Shown here: positions 1 to 10,163 of the stretch, in pieces | Numbering within the stretch: the stretch's first letter is position 1 | How the letters are laid out: each line of letters starts with the position of its first letter | Source: Gammaproteobacteria bacterium | GTDB lineage: Bacteria; Pseudomonadota; Gammaproteobacteria; Enterobacterales; Neiellaceae | Length of the DNA stretch: 64,000 nucleotides | Direction of reading: 5' to 3' | Assembly (NCBI GenBank): GCA_017425245.1 | Contig: JAFOOX010000053.1 | Coordinates: 84,349 to 148,348 of the forward strand | Notes under the pieces: generated by a model | Told to the model about the DNA's origin: nothing | Database searches by the model: none | Seen by the model: only the letters and a program-made list of their open reading frames with translations | Made by a program: the position numbers and the translations under genes

Positions 1-219
1 TTTGCCCGCAGCTTCCCGCTGTGGCTGCAAAGCCTCTATCACTGGCGTGAGGCGCCATCCTTGGTGCTGGGGCGCATCGCTACCGCCGCCGCTGACCGTG
101 AAGCACTGCGTCACAGCCCGTTGGTCGAAGCTTGCCATAGCGTCACCTTGGCCAAGCGCCAGATCGTCGGCCTGCTGGTGGTGGTGGCGGTGCTCACCAT
201 CTACGGCTGGGTGATCTGA
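1..219 (+). CDS. 3' end of an upstream membrane protein; the gene continues beyond the window. It could be AmpE, since ampDE precedes pdhR in E. coli-like arrangements.
   Basis: Frame-1 translation from position 1 reads through to TGA at 217-219 and ends in a hydrophobic TM-like tail (..IVGLLVVVAVLTIYGWVI). The six-frame track shows only the 70-aa frame-2 ORF, because this fragment has no start codon in the window. Confidence 0.35.
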   Translation, partial: FARSFPLWLQSLYHWREAPSLVLGRIATAAADREALRHSPLVEACHSVTLAKRQIVGLLVVVAVLTIYGWVI

Positions 220-344
220 TAATCTGCGCCGGAGCTGATCCGGCGCAATCTAATCCCGCAAACTTTTTTGACCAGCATCATAAGCTGGTCGGGCGGGGGC
301 TGTTATGGACAGCTCCAAAACCATCTGCTATTTTTTGCCACCAC

Positions 345-361
345 TTGGTCAGACCAATTAA
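345..361 (+). promoter_or_regulatory. PdhR operator-like inverted repeat ACTTGGTCAGACCAATT upstream of pdhR
   Basis: Matches the established PdhR box pattern (TTGGTnnnACCAA) and lies 12 bp upstream of the pdhR ATG. Confidence 0.6.
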
Positions 362-372
362 CCAGGACGTTG

Positions 373-1137
373 ATGGCCCTTCCCGCGCTTAAACCTGCAC
401 GTCTGCCGGAACTGCTTGCCCAACAGCTGCAGCAGCTGATCCGTGAAGGCGCATTCAGGCCCGGCGAACGGCTGCCGAGTGAGCGGGAATTGGCCCAACG
501 TTTTGCCGTGTCACGCCCCAGTGTGCGCGAAGCGATCCAAAAGCTGGAACAGCAGGGGTTGTTGCTGCGCCGTCAGGGTGGCGGCAGCTTTGTCGGCGAC
601 CCTGTAGCGGATGCTTTGGCAGCGCCGCTGACGGCATTGCTGTCGGGCGATCATGAGGTGCAGTTCGACCTGCTCGAGTTCCGCCTCGGGCTGGAGCAGA
701 TCGCCGCCTATTACGCGGCACTGCGTGGCACCGACGCCGATTTTGCCCGGCTGCGCGACAGTGTCGAGCAGTTGACCGCCGATGGCCGCAGCACCGACGT
801 GGCCACCGAGGCGGCGGCAGTCATGGTGTTTATTGAGCGCATGGTGGAGGCCTCGCATAACTTGGTGTTGTTGCAGGTGGTGCTGGGGTTGCGTGGGTTG
901 CTGGTGACCAGCATCGAGCACAACCTGCAGACCCTCTATCAGAAGCCTGAGGTGGTGGAGCAGGTGCGTGCCCATCGCCGGCTGGTGCTGGAGGCGATTG
1001 TGATGCGTCAGGCCGAGCGCGCCCGCGAAGCGGTGCTGCGCCACCTGTCGTTCATTGAGGAGACCATGCTGGTACTGGACCGCGAACAATCGCGCCAGGA
1101 CCGCGCCCTGCGGCGGCTGGGTCAGGAGCCGCGATAA
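373..1137 (+). CDS. pdhR: Pyruvate dehydrogenase complex repressor PdhR (GntR/FadR family)
   Basis: An N-terminal GntR HTH (RLPSERELAQRFAVSRPSVREAIQKLEQQGLL) and a C-terminal FCD domain. It sits directly upstream of aceE. ATG at 373 was chosen because it aligns with the E. coli PdhR N-terminus. Confidence 0.9.
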   Translation: MALPALKPARLPELLAQQLQQLIREGAFRPGERLPSERELAQRFAVSRPSVREAIQKLEQQGLLLRRQGGGSFVGDPVADALAAPLTALLSGDHEVQFDLLEFRLGLEQIAAYYAALRGTDADFARLRDSVEQLTADGRSTDVATEAAAVMVFIERMVEASHNLVLLQVVLGLRGLLVTSIEHNLQTLYQKPEVVEQVRAHRRLVLEAIVMRQAERAREAVLRHLSFIEETMLVLDREQSRQDRALRRLGQEPR

Positions 1138-1268
1138 GAATCCGATAGCGTGGCCGGCTTTGTCGGCGGCGCCATTGCATAAAGCAGCCCTCGCGTCCGT
1201 GAGCCCGGCGTGTGGCTGGTCTACTTTATAGGCTCACTTCGATAAACGAACTCGAGAAGGAAACCGCC

Positions 1269-3938
1269 ATGTCCGACATTCTCAAGCACGACGTGGATCC
1301 GCTGGAAACTCAAGAATGGCTTGAGGCTCTGACTGCGGTACTGGAGCAGGAGGGCCCAGAGCGTGCCCATTACCTGCTTGAGCAGCTGATCGACAAAGCC
1401 CGTCGCAGCGGCGCGCACCTGCCGTACAAGGCGACCACCGCGTACCTCAACACCATCCCGCCGGGTCAGGAACCGCATATGCCGGGCAACCTGGAGATGG
1501 AGCGCAAGATCCGCGGCTATATCCGCTGGAACGCGCTGGCCATGGTGCTGCGTGCCTCCAAGAAAGATCTGGAACTGGGCGGCCATATCTCGTCGTTCGC
1601 CTCCAGCGCCACGCTGTATGACGTGGGCTTCAACCACTTCTGGCGGGCCCCGAACGACAAGGATGGCGGTGACCTGATCTACTTTCAGGGCCATATCGCG
1701 CCGGGCATCTATGCGCGCTCCTTCCTCGAAGGGCGCCTGAGCGCCGAGCAGCTGGATAACTTCCGTCAGGAGTGCGAAGGCAAGGGGCTCAGCTCTTATC
1801 CGCACCCGAAACTGATGCCGGATTACTGGCAGTTCCCCACCGTGTCCATGGGCCTGGGCCCGTTGCAGGCGATCTATCAGGCGCGTTTCCTCAAGTACCT
1901 GACCGACCGTGGCATCAAGGACTGTTCGCAGCAGAAGGTGTGGGCGTTCCTGGGCGACGGCGAGATCGACGAGCCGGAATCGCTGGGCGCCATCGGTCTG
2001 GCCGCCCGCGAAGGGCTGGACAACCTGATTTTCGTGGTTAACTGCAACCTGCAGCGCCTTGATGGTCCGGTGCGCGGTAACGGCAAGATCATCCAGGAGC
2101 TGGAAGGCACCTTCCGTGGCGCAGGCTGGGAATGTATCAAGGTGGTCTGGGGCCGTTACTGGGATCCGCTGATCGCCCGTGACACCACTGGCAAGCTGCT
2201 GCAGCTGATGGAAGAAACCGTCGACGGTGAGTACCAGAACTGCAAAGCCAAGGGTGGCGCTTACACCCGCGAGAAGTTCTTCGGCAAATACCCGGAGACG
2301 GCGGCTATGGTCGCCAACATGTCGGACGAAGATATCTGGCGTCTCAACCGTGGTGGCCATGACCCGGCCAAGGTCTACGCCGCCTATCAGCGCGCGGTCA
2401 ACACCGTTGGTCGTCCGGTGGTGATCCTGGCCAAGACCGTCAAGGGTTATGGCATGGGTGACGCCGGTGAAGGCAAGAACATCGCCCATCAGGTCAAGAA
2501 GATGGACCTGTCGGCGGTCAAGCACTTCCGCGATCGCTTCAACATCCCGGTGGACGACAACGCCATCGAGAAGATCCCTTACTACAAGCCGGCCGAAGAC
2601 AGCCCGGAGATGAAGTACCTGCGCGAACGTCGCGAAGCCCTGAAGGGCTATCTGCCGCAGCGTCTGGTCAAGTTCAGCGAGCGCTTCGACATTCCCAAGC
2701 TCAAGGCCTTTGAGTCGGTGCTGCAGGGTTCGGGTGGCCGTGAAATCTCCACCACCATGGCCTTTGTGCGCGTACTCACTGCGCTGCTCAAGGACAAGTC
2801 GGTGGGTGGCCGCATTGTGCCGATCATCCCCGACGAAGCCCGTACCTTCGGTATGGAAGGGCTGTTCCGTCAGGTCGGCATCTACGCCCACGGTGGTCAG
2901 AAGTACACCCCGCAGGATTCCGATCAGGTGGCCTACTACCGCGAAGACACCAAAGGCGCGGTGCTGCAGGAGGGGATCAACGAAGGCGGCGCCATGAGCA
3001 GCTGGGTGGCTGCGGCGACCAGCTACTCGGTCAACGACTGCCCGATGATTCCGTTCTACATCTACTACTCGATGTTCGGCTTCCAGCGCATCGGTGACCT
3101 GGCCTGGGCGGCTGGCGACATGCGCGCCCGCGGCTTCCTCGTTGGCGGCACCGCCGGCCGTACCACCCTGAACGGTGAAGGTCTACAGCACGAAGATGGC
3201 CACAGCCACATCCTGGCTGGCACCATCCCCAACTGCGTCAGCTACGACCCGACCTACGGCTACGAAGTGGCGGTGGTGGTGCAGAACGGTCTGGAGCGGA
3301 TGTACGGCGACAAGCAGGAAGATGTCTTCTACTACATCACCACCATGAACGAGAACTACGATCAGCCGGCCATGCCGGAAGGTTGCGAGGACGGCATCAT
3401 CAAGGGGGCCTACAAGCTCGAGAGCCTCAACGGCAGCGGCAAGGCCAAGGTGCAGTTGATGGGCTCCGGCACCATCTTCCTGCAGGTGCGTGAAGCGGCC
3501 AAAGTGCTGGCCAATGACTACGGCATAAACGTCGAGGTGTTCAGCGCCCCGTCGTTCAACGAACTGGCCCGCGACGGTCAGGATGCCGACCGCTACAACC
3601 TGCTGCACCCGGATGCCAAGCAGCCCAAGGTGGCTTATGTCACCAAGCTGCTGGAGCAGGGGGTGCCGACCGTGGTCGCCACCGATTACATGCGCAACTA
3701 CGCCGACCAGATCCGTGCCTTCGTGCCGGGTCCGTATCGGGTGCTGGGCACCGACGGCTTCGGCCGTTCCGACAGCCGCGCCAACCTGCGCGCGCACTTC
3801 GAAGTGGATTACCGCTACGTGGTGCTCGCGGCGCTCTATGAACTGGCCCAGAAGGGTGAGATTGAGCGCAAGGTGGTGAGCGAGGCGATCGCCAAGTTCG
3901 CCATCCCGGCGGACAAGATCAACCCGCTGTTCGCCTAA
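1269..3938 (+). CDS. aceE: Pyruvate dehydrogenase E1 component
   Basis: 887 aa, the same length as E. coli AceE, and E1-like throughout. The start was moved to [18 protein letters not shown] at ATG 1269. Confidence 0.95.
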   Translation: MSDILKHDVDPLETQEWLEALTAVLEQEGPERAHYLLEQLIDKARRSGAHLPYKATTAYLNTIPPGQEPHMPGNLEMERKIRGYIRWNALAMVLRASKKDLELGGHISSFASSATLYDVGFNHFWRAPNDKDGGDLIYFQGHIAPGIYARSFLEGRLSAEQLDNFRQECEGKGLSSYPHPKLMPDYWQFPTVSMGLGPLQAIYQARFLKYLTDRGIKDCSQQKVWAFLGDGEIDEPESLGAIGLAAREGLDNLIFVVNCNLQRLDGPVRGNGKIIQELEGTFRGAGWECIKVVWGRYWDPLIARDTTGKLLQLMEETVDGEYQNCKAKGGAYTREKFFGKYPETAAMVANMSDEDIWRLNRGGHDPAKVYAAYQRAVNTVGRPVVILAKTVKGYGMGDAGEGKNIAHQVKKMDLSAVKHFRDRFNIPVDDNAIEKIPYYKPAEDSPEMKYLRERREALKGYLPQRLVKFSERFDIPKLKAFESVLQGSGGREISTTMAFVRVLTALLKDKSVGGRIVPIIPDEARTFGMEGLFRQVGIYAHGGQKYTPQDSDQVAYYREDTKGAVLQEGINEGGAMSSWVAAATSYSVNDCPMIPFYIYYSMFGFQRIGDLAWAAGDMRARGFLVGGTAGRTTLNGEGLQHEDGHSHILAGTIPNCVSYDPTYGYEVAVVVQNGLERMYGDKQEDVFYYITTMNENYDQPAMPEGCEDGIIKGAYKLESLNGSGKAKVQLMGSGTIFLQVREAAKVLANDYGINVEVFSAPSFNELARDGQDADRYNLLHPDAKQPKVAYVTKLLEQGVPTVVATDYMRNYADQIRAFVPGPYRVLGTDGFGRSDSRANLRAHFEVDYRYVVLAALYELAQKGEIERKVVSEAIAKFAIPADKINPLFA

Positions 3939-3955
3939 CGGGAGGAGTAGCTGAC

Positions 3956-5620
3956 ATGGCTGAACTGAAAGATATTCTCGTCCCGGACATCGGGGCTGAC
4001 AGCGCAACCGTCACCGAAATTCTGGTGGCTGTGGGCGATACCATCAGCGCCGAACAGGGGTTGATCAGCGTTGAAGGCGACAAGGCGGCAATGGAAGTTC
4101 CCGCCCCCTGCGCCGGCGTAGTGAAAGAGATCTGTGTGAAGGTGGGCGACGCCGTCTCCCAAGGCACCCTGATCATCAAGGTGGAAGCGGCCGGGGCTGC
4201 CCCGGTTGCCGAAGCGCCCAAGGCTGCAGCGGCGCCAGCGCCTGCTCCGGTGGCTGCTCCTGCTGCCCCGGCCCCGGCTGCGGCACCAGCAGCTGCGGCG
4301 CCTGCTCCGGCTGTGGCCGGTGGCATCAAGCCGGTACTGCTGCCGGATATCGGCGCTGACAGTGCCCAGGTCACCGAGATCCTGGTCAAAGTGGGCGACA
4401 GCGTTGAGCTTGACCAGGGTCTGGCCAGCATCGAAGGCGACAAGGCGGCGATGGAAGTGCCCGCGCCCTTTGCCGGTGTGGTCAAATCGATCGCCATCAA
4501 GGTGGGTGACAGCGTGTCGCAAGGCACCCTGATCCTGGAACTGGAAGTGGCGGGCAGCGCCCCAGCAGCAGCGCCTGCCCCGGTTGCTGCGGTGCCGGCT
4601 CCGGCTGCCGCACCGGCACCGGTGGCAGCTCCGGCTGCAGCGGCCAAGGCTGAGCCTGTGCCGTTCCACCCGTCTGCTGGCAGTGGCGGCAAGAGCGGCG
4701 TGGCCCATGCCTCGCCGTCGGTGCGTCGTCTGGCCCGTGAGTTTGGCGTTGACCTGAGCAACGTCAGCGGCACCGGCCCCAAGAACCGCATTCTCAAAGA
4801 GGACGTGCAGAGCTACGTCAAGGCTGAGCTGGCCAAGCCGCGCACCAGCGCCTCCCCGGCGGTGTCGGGTGGTGGTCTGGCGGTGCTGGCCGCGCCCAAG
4901 GTCGATTTTGCCAAGTTTGGTCCGATCACCGAGCAGCCGCTGTCGCGCATCCAGAAGATCTCTGGCCCCAGCCTGCACCGCAACTGGGTGACCATTCCGC
5001 ACGTCACCCAGTTCGACGAAGCCGACATCTCCGAGCTGGAAGCCTTCCGCAAAGAGCAGAACAGTCTGCTTGAGAAGCAGAAGGCCGACGTCAAGGTGAC
5101 GCCGCTGGTGTTTATCCTGAAGGCCGCCGCCAAGGCGCTGGAGCAGCATCCGAAGTTCTGCAGCTCGCTGTCGCACGATGGTGAGAGCCTGATCCTCAAG
5201 AACTACATCCACATTGGTGTGGCCGTCGATACCCCCAATGGGTTGGTGGTGCCGGTGGTGCGTGATGTGAACAAGAAGGGGATCATCGAGCTGTCGCGTG
5301 AACTGGGTGAGATCAGCAAGAAGGCGCGCGCCGGTAAACTGACCGCCAACGACATGAGCGGCGGTTGCTTCACCATCTCCAGCCTCGGTGGCATTGGCGG
5401 AACCCAGTTCACGCCGATCGTCAACGCGCCGGAAGTGGCGATCCTCGGCGTCAGCAAGAGCGACACCAAGCCGGTGTGGGACGGCAAGCAGTTCCAGCCG
5501 CGACTGATGCTGCCGCTGGCCCTGAGCTACGACCACCGGGTGATCGATGGTGCCGATGGTGCCCGCTTCATCACCACCTTAAGTGGTGTACTGAGCGACA
5601 TCCGCCGTCTGGTGATGTAA
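3956..5620 (+). CDS. aceF: Dihydrolipoyllysine-residue acetyltransferase (PDH E2) with two lipoyl domains
   Basis: Two lipoyl domain repeats (..[13 protein letters not shown]..), Ala/Pro-rich linkers, a subunit-binding domain and a catalytic domain with [19 protein letters not shown] at 3940-3947. Confidence 0.95.
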   Translation: MAELKDILVPDIGADSATVTEILVAVGDTISAEQGLISVEGDKAAMEVPAPCAGVVKEICVKVGDAVSQGTLIIKVEAAGAAPVAEAPKAAAAPAPAPVAAPAAPAPAAAPAAAAPAPAVAGGIKPVLLPDIGADSAQVTEILVKVGDSVELDQGLASIEGDKAAMEVPAPFAGVVKSIAIKVGDSVSQGTLILELEVAGSAPAAAPAPVAAVPAPAAAPAPVAAPAAAAKAEPVPFHPSAGSGGKSGVAHASPSVRRLAREFGVDLSNVSGTGPKNRILKEDVQSYVKAELAKPRTSASPAVSGGGLAVLAAPKVDFAKFGPITEQPLSRIQKISGPSLHRNWVTIPHVTQFDEADISELEAFRKEQNSLLEKQKADVKVTPLVFILKAAAKALEQHPKFCSSLSHDGESLILKNYIHIGVAVDTPNGLVVPVVRDVNKKGIIELSRELGEISKKARAGKLTANDMSGGCFTISSLGGIGGTQFTPIVNAPEVAILGVSKSDTKPVWDGKQFQPRLMLPLALSYDHRVIDGADGARFITTLSGVLSDIRRLVM

Positions 5621-5726
5621 TTGGAATTAGGGGCTGGCTTGTGCCAGCCCCTTGCAGTTGCAGGCTTTTTTGGCAACAGTGGCGCGTCAGACGCTGCTGT
5701 TCACACAGAACAAGTTTGGGGAGTCT

Positions 5727-7154
5727 ATGAGCAACGAAATCAAAGCCCAGGTCGTTGTCCTGGGTGCCGGCCCTGCCGGTTACTCCGCCGCTTTCCGCGC
5801 CGCCGACCTCGGCCTCGAAGTGGTGCTGGTCGAGCGCTACAGCACCCTCGGTGGGGTCTGTCTCAATGTCGGTTGTATCCCGTCCAAAGCCCTGCTGCAT
5901 GTGGCCGAAGTGATCGAATCGGCCAAGTCGCTGGGCGACCACGGCATCGTCTTTGGCGAGCCGAAGACCGACATCACCAAGATCCGTCTGTGGAAAGAGA
6001 AGGTGATCAGCCAGCTCACCAACGGTCTGGCCGGTATGGCCAAGATGCGCAAAGTGAAAGTGGTCAACGGCTTTGGCAAGTTTACTGGTAGCAATAGCCT
6101 GGCGGTGGAAGGCGCGGGCGGGGCGGTCACCACCATCCAGTTCGACAACGCCATCATCGCCGCCGGTTCGCGGCCGATCAAACTGCCGTTCATCCCCCAC
6201 AACGATCCGCGGGTGTGGGACTCGACCGATGCCCTCAATCTGGAAACCGTGCCGGGCAAGCTGCTGATCCTCGGTGGCGGCATCATCGGCCTGGAGATGG
6301 GCACCGTTTATCACGCCCTCGGCAGCCATGTCGAAGTGGTGGAGTTTATGGATCAGCTAATCCCGGCCGCCGACAAAGATGTGGTGGCGGTCTACACCAA
6401 GCAGGTGAAGAACAAGTTCACCCTGATGCTGGAGACCAAGGTCACCGCCGTTGAGGCCAAAGAAGATGGCATCTATGTCAGCTTTGAAGGCAAAGCCGCG
6501 CCTAACGCGCCGATTCGCTACGACGCAGTGCTGGTGGCCGTGGGCCGTACCCCCAACGGCAAACTGCTGGATGCCGACAAGGCTGGCGTAGCCGTCGACG
6601 ATCGCGGCTTTATCAACACCGACAACCAGATGCGCACCAATGTGCCTCATATCTTCGCCATCGGCGATGTGGTCGGTCAGCCGATGCTGGCTCACAAAGG
6701 GGTGCACGAAGGCCATGTGGCGGCTGAAGTGATCGCCGGCAAGAAGCACTTCTTCGAGCCCAAGCTGATCCCCTCCATTGCCTACACCCATCCGGAAGTG
6801 GCATGGGCCGGCAAGACCGAGAAAGAGTGCAAAGCCGAAGGGATCGACTACGAAACCTCCGTGTTCCCGTGGGCGGCCAGCGGTCGCGCCATCGCCGCCG
6901 ATGCCACCAACGGCATGACCAAGCTGATCTTTGAAAAGAGCAGCGGCCGTCTGCTGGGCGGTGCCATCGTCGGCGTTAACGGCGGTGAGCTGCTGGGTGA
7001 AGTCTGTCTCGCCATCGAGATGGGTGCCGATGCCGAAGATCTGGCCCTGACCATCCACGCCCACCCGACCCTGCATGAGTCGGTGGGCCTGGCGGCCGAG
7101 ATCTTTGAAGGCTCGATCACCGACCTGCCCAACCCCAAGGCCAAAAAGCGCTAA
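5727..7154 (+). CDS. lpdA: Dihydrolipoyl dehydrogenase (E3)
   Basis: FAD-binding GAGPAGY and a redox-active disulfide GGVCLNVGCIPSK. 475 aa. It follows aceF. Confidence 0.95.
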   Translation: MSNEIKAQVVVLGAGPAGYSAAFRAADLGLEVVLVERYSTLGGVCLNVGCIPSKALLHVAEVIESAKSLGDHGIVFGEPKTDITKIRLWKEKVISQLTNGLAGMAKMRKVKVVNGFGKFTGSNSLAVEGAGGAVTTIQFDNAIIAAGSRPIKLPFIPHNDPRVWDSTDALNLETVPGKLLILGGGIIGLEMGTVYHALGSHVEVVEFMDQLIPAADKDVVAVYTKQVKNKFTLMLETKVTAVEAKEDGIYVSFEGKAAPNAPIRYDAVLVAVGRTPNGKLLDADKAGVAVDDRGFINTDNQMRTNVPHIFAIGDVVGQPMLAHKGVHEGHVAAEVIAGKKHFFEPKLIPSIAYTHPEVAWAGKTEKECKAEGIDYETSVFPWAASGRAIAADATNGMTKLIFEKSSGRLLGGAIVGVNGGELLGEVCLAIEMGADAEDLALTIHAHPTLHESVGLAAEIFEGSITDLPNPKAKKR

Positions 7155-7186
7155 TCAGCGTAATTGCCGAGGGTTGAGCAACAGAA

Positions 7187-7218
7187 AAGGGCGCCATCAG
7201 GCGCCCTTATCTGTGCTT
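7187..7218 (+). terminator. Putative intrinsic terminator after lpdA. Hairpin AAGGGCGCC-atcag-GCGCCCTT with a weak T-tract.
   Basis: Perfect 8-9 bp GC-rich stem seen directly in the sequence, 33 bp after the lpdA stop. Confidence 0.5.
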
Positions 7219-7220
7219 GA

Positions 7221-7261
7221 GCGAGATGCGAGATACGAGGTGCGAGATGCGAGATGCGAGC
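7221..7261. repeat. Heptanucleotide tandem array (GCGAGAT)n with about 5 units and one degenerate unit
   Basis: Direct reading gives gcgagat gcgagat acgaggt gcgagat gcgagat gcgagc. This is the reverse complement of the ATCTCGC arrays at 38.55 and 40.42 kb. Confidence 0.85.
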
Positions 7262-7288
7262 AAGAAGCAGCAAGTGAGAGATTAGCGG

Positions 7289-7699
7289 TCAGGTGGTGAT
7301 GGGTTTGGGACGTTCGGTGAGGGCGTAAACACAGAGCGCTAGCAGAAGGTACTGGGGCAGTGCCGTGAGTTCAGAGCGCGACAACGGCTGCGGATGCTGG
7401 AACAGGTAATAGCCACTCATCACCATAAAGGGGGCGAGTAGCAGCAAGTGAAACAGCAGATCGCGCTGACCACTCAAGCGCTGGCCGACCAGCGCCAAAA
7501 TGCTAAAGGCCGCTGCCAGCGGCAGGCCAACGGTCACCAGATTGACCAAGGCAAAGGCCAGCAGCGGCGACCAGCTGACGAGCGGCCCCAGCAGCCCGGG
7601 CGGAACGGCCACTGCGGTACCAATGCCGACAATGGTCAGCGAGCCCCAGGCAAACAGCAGCCCAAGCACCAGCGCAACCACCCAACCATAGCCTTTCAT
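7289..7699 (-). CDS. Hypothetical small inner-membrane protein (about 4 TM segments)
   Basis: 136-aa ORF with uniformly hydrophobic TM-like segments. It is convergent with lpdA. No family was recognised. Confidence 0.45.
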   Translation of the reverse strand: MKGYGWVVALVLGLLFAWGSLTIVGIGTAVAVPPGLLGPLVSWSPLLAFALVNLVTVGLPLAAAFSILALVGQRLSGQRDLLFHLLLLAPFMVMSGYYLFQHPQPLSRSELTALPQYLLLALCVYALTERPKPITT

Positions 7700-7746
7700 T
7701 CACCACACTCCTGCCGATCTGCCGTTACCGATTTGGTCTTCGCCTG

Positions 7747-7975
7747 CCTTCTGATCCCCCACTTTGTAAAAGGGGGGCGAGGGGGGATTTTCTTGAACTG
7801 AGAAAAATCCCCTTGTATCCCCCTTTGTCAAAGGGGAAAAGCCACTTGCCGCTTCGCCCTCTTTCTGATCCCCCACTTTGTAAAAGGGGGGCGAGGGGGG
7901 ATTTTCTTGAGCTGAGAAAAATCCCCCTGTATCCCCCTTTGTCAAAGGGGGAAAAGCCACTTGCCGCTCATTCTT
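7747..7975. repeat. Two tandem copies of a ~115-bp structured (multi-hairpin) repeat element
   Basis: Each unit contains ccccactttgtaaaagggggg, the perfect hairpin gggggattttcttgaactgagaaaaatcccc, and ccccctttgtcaaagggg. Near-identical units recur at 38238-38500 and partially at 63466-63510. Confidence 0.9.
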
Positions 7976-9257
7976 CCCGCTTCTGTGCCCACTTGGGCTT
8001 GCCTTTGTTCTTGGTGTCGCGGTGGCGCTTCTTGTCTTTGGGGCCATCCACTTTGGCGGGGGCCTTGGCCGGTTCTTTCTTCTTGGCCTTGACGGGTGCC
8101 TTGGGGGCTTTGTGCTGCGGGCGCAGGCTGTCCACCACCCGGCGGTCGATGGTCTCCCCCAGATAACGCTCTACTTTGGCCAACAGCGGGGCGTCATGGG
8201 CTTCCACCAGATTGATGGCAATCCCTTTCTTGCCGGCGCGGGCGGTGCGGCCAGCACGGTGGACGTACAGCTCGGCGCTGCGCGGTAGATCAAACTGGAT
8301 CACATGGCTGACCGATGGGATATCGATGCCGCGTGCCGCCACATCGGTGGCCACCATCAGTTTTACCGCGCCGCTTTTGAAGCGGTTCAAGGCGTTCTGG
8401 CGCACCGACTGTTCCAGCTCGCCGCGCAGCTTTACATGGGCGAAACCATCGGCATCGAGGCGTGATGACAGAGCGTCGAGCTTGTCGCGGGTACGCACAA
8501 AGACGATGCACTGGGTCACTTCCGGCTGGCCCAGAAAGTGTTCCAGCAGCGCGATCTTGTGCTCCAGATGGTCGGCCAGATAGTAGTAGTGGAGGATCTT
8601 GCCCGCTTCGCGCCGGGGCGCATCCACCTGCACGATCTCCGGGTCTTCCATTACCCCTTCGGCGAAGCGGCTCACCCCTTCACCTTCCAGCGTTGCTGAC
8701 AGCAATAGGGTCTGCTTGCGGTGGGGGGCGGCGGCGGCAATCTTGTTCATGGCCGGGGCAAAGCCCATGTCGAGCATGCGGTCCGCTTCATCCAGGATCA
8801 GCATCTCGATCCCTTCCGGATCGTAGATCTTGCCGTCGAGGTACTCCATCAACCGGCCCGGCGTCGCCACCAGCAGATCGCAGCGGTTGCCCAGTAGCGC
8901 GTCGTGCTGTTCGTAGGTCTCACCACCGGTAATGGCGCCCACGTTGACGTGGGTGCCGGCCGCCAGCTGCTTGCCATAATCAGCCACCTGCGATGCCAAC
9001 TCACGGGTGGGCACCAGCACCAGAATGCGCGGCGGCCCCTGATGACGGCGCGGAAAGTCGATCAGATGCTGCAGGGCTGGCAGCAGGTAAGCCGCCGTTT
9101 TGCCGGTGCCGGTTGGCGCCTCAATCAGCAGGTTGGTCTGGGTCAACGCCAGTGGAATCGCCTGCTGCTGCACCTGGGTTGGGAACAGGTGCTCCAGCGC
9201 GGTCAGGTTGGTTACCAGTTGCGGGTGCAGGTCGAGATCATCAAAAGTCGGGCGCAT
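7968..9257 (-). CDS. DEAD-box ATP-dependent RNA helicase (RhlE/SrmB-like) with a Lys-rich C-terminal tail
   Basis: Motifs PTGTGKT, DEAD (LILDEADRML), SAT and HRAGRTAR, followed by a basic KAPKAPVKAKKK tail. Confidence 0.9.
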   Translation of the reverse strand: MRPTFDDLDLHPQLVTNLTALEHLFPTQVQQQAIPLALTQTNLLIEAPTGTGKTAAYLLPALQHLIDFPRRHQGPPRILVLVPTRELASQVADYGKQLAAGTHVNVGAITGGETYEQHDALLGNRCDLLVATPGRLMEYLDGKIYDPEGIEMLILDEADRMLDMGFAPAMNKIAAAAPHRKQTLLLSATLEGEGVSRFAEGVMEDPEIVQVDAPRREAGKILHYYYLADHLEHKIALLEHFLGQPEVTQCIVFVRTRDKLDALSSRLDADGFAHVKLRGELEQSVRQNALNRFKSGAVKLMVATDVAARGIDIPSVSHVIQFDLPRSAELYVHRAGRTARAGKKGIAINLVEAHDAPLLAKVERYLGETIDRRVVDSLRPQHKAPKAPVKAKKKEPAKAPAKVDGPKDKKRHRDTKNKGKPKWAQKREE

Positions 9258-9445
9258 CGGCGGTCACTGTCCGTTCGTTCTGTTCGGCGCTCATTCTAGC
9301 GGGAAAGGCGCTCCAGCGCCCCAGCGCCAGTATAGGGCCCTCACCGTCGACCGTAGTGTCACTCAATGGTTGTACGTTTTTTGTCATCAATACATGGGGT
9401 TAGCTAAGCGCTTTAACTCTGTGCTAGACTTCGTCGCCGCCCTAA

Positions 9446-9967
9446 TTGAGGTACTCACAAATCATGGAAAGGTGGTTTCTGGTGCAGAGCAAAGCTCGGG
9501 ATGAGTTCCGGGCTGCTCAGCAGCTGGAATCTCAACAGTTGGACGTGTTTCTACCGATGCTGGCTGTGGAGCGTTTGCGCCGTGGTCGTCGCGTTGCCGT
9601 GAGCGAACCGCTGTTCCCCGGTTATCTGTTCGTCCGTTTTGATCCCCAGTTCATCAGTCTCACCAGTATCCAGTCCACCCGTGGGGTGGCCCGGCTGGTG
9701 CGCTTTGGTAGTGTGCCAATGCCAGTCCCTGATCGTCTGATTAATGAGCTAAAGGCGCGCGGCGAGGCGATAGCGCGGCTACAACCTGAAGGGGAACATG
9801 AGTTGCCTCGAGGGGGGGACAAGGTGCGGATTGTCGACGGGCCGTTTCAGGCGCTGGATGCGGTCTTTCTGGAGAGTAGCGGTGAGCGGCGGGCACTGGT
9901 GCTGGTCGAAATGATTGGTAAAACGATGCAGCTTGAGGTAGATCACGCCAGCATTGAGAGGCTGTAA
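9446..9967 (+). CDS. rfaH: Transcription antiterminator RfaH (NusG paralog); the true start is probably ATG at 9464
   Basis: Strong similarity to E. coli RfaH (VSEPLFPGYLFVRFDP, and a KOW-like C-terminal segment). It is located immediately upstream of a polysaccharide operon. Confidence 0.85.
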   Translation: MRYSQIMERWFLVQSKARDEFRAAQQLESQQLDVFLPMLAVERLRRGRRVAVSEPLFPGYLFVRFDPQFISLTSIQSTRGVARLVRFGSVPMPVPDRLINELKARGEAIARLQPEGEHELPRGGDKVRIVDGPFQALDAVFLESSGERRALVLVEMIGKTMQLEVDHASIERL

Positions 9968-10080
9968 AGTTAGTCGACGCGGCTGCGCCATTTCGCTTCA
10001 GGAATGTTAAGGAAGCGGATAAGATCCGCCCTGCGTCACAAAAGCGAAGCAACACAGGCAATCTGGGGGCCGTAACCCAG

Positions 10081-10092
10081 TGGCGGAAGCTT
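10081..10092 (+). promoter_or_regulatory. ops-like (operon polarity suppressor) element GGCGGAAGCTTG in the leader of the polysaccharide operon
   Basis: 9 of 10 defined positions match the ops consensus GGCGGTAGnnTG. It lies about 70 bp upstream of the exporter gene and downstream of rfaH. Confidence 0.5.
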
Positions 10093-10163
10093 GCCTGAGC
10101 ATGACTTTGGTTTCCTCGGAACGTTATTAAAATCAGCAGGTTGGATGCGTGGTTAAAAACAAC

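Noticed and set aside
2-214. 70-aa frame-2 ORF at the left edge
   Set aside because: Frame 1 reads open from position 1 to a stop at 217-219 and ends in a membrane-like hydrophobic tail, consistent with the 3' end of an upstream gene. The frame-2 ORF is Trp/Cys-rich and implausible.
1221-2891. 556-aa minus-strand ORF inside aceE (and the similar antisense ORFs 511-1089, 3183-4007, 3935-5536, 5571-6329 and 6357-7076)
   Set aside because: They are antisense to strongly supported pdhR/aceE/aceF/lpdA genes. High GC suppresses stop codons on the opposite strand. The sequences are low-complexity and Arg/Ala/Gly-rich with no recognisable family.
7747-7975. Possible CRISPR array (regular GC-rich repeats); the same question was asked of the heptamer arrays
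   Set aside because: The 115-bp units abut directly with no unique spacers, and there are only 2 units per site. Each unit is itself a set of hairpins. The 7-bp arrays have no spacers at all. No cas genes are nearby.
7700-8166. ORFs 7700-8047 (-) and 7813-8166 (+), and likewise 37892-38536, 38055-38546 and 38233-38586 (-), encoding repeated PPLTKGDTGGFF..ENPPSPPFYKVGDQ peptides
   Set aside because: They are translations of the ~115-bp structured DNA repeat. The identical peptide recurs wherever the repeat does, in both orientations, so they are not genes.
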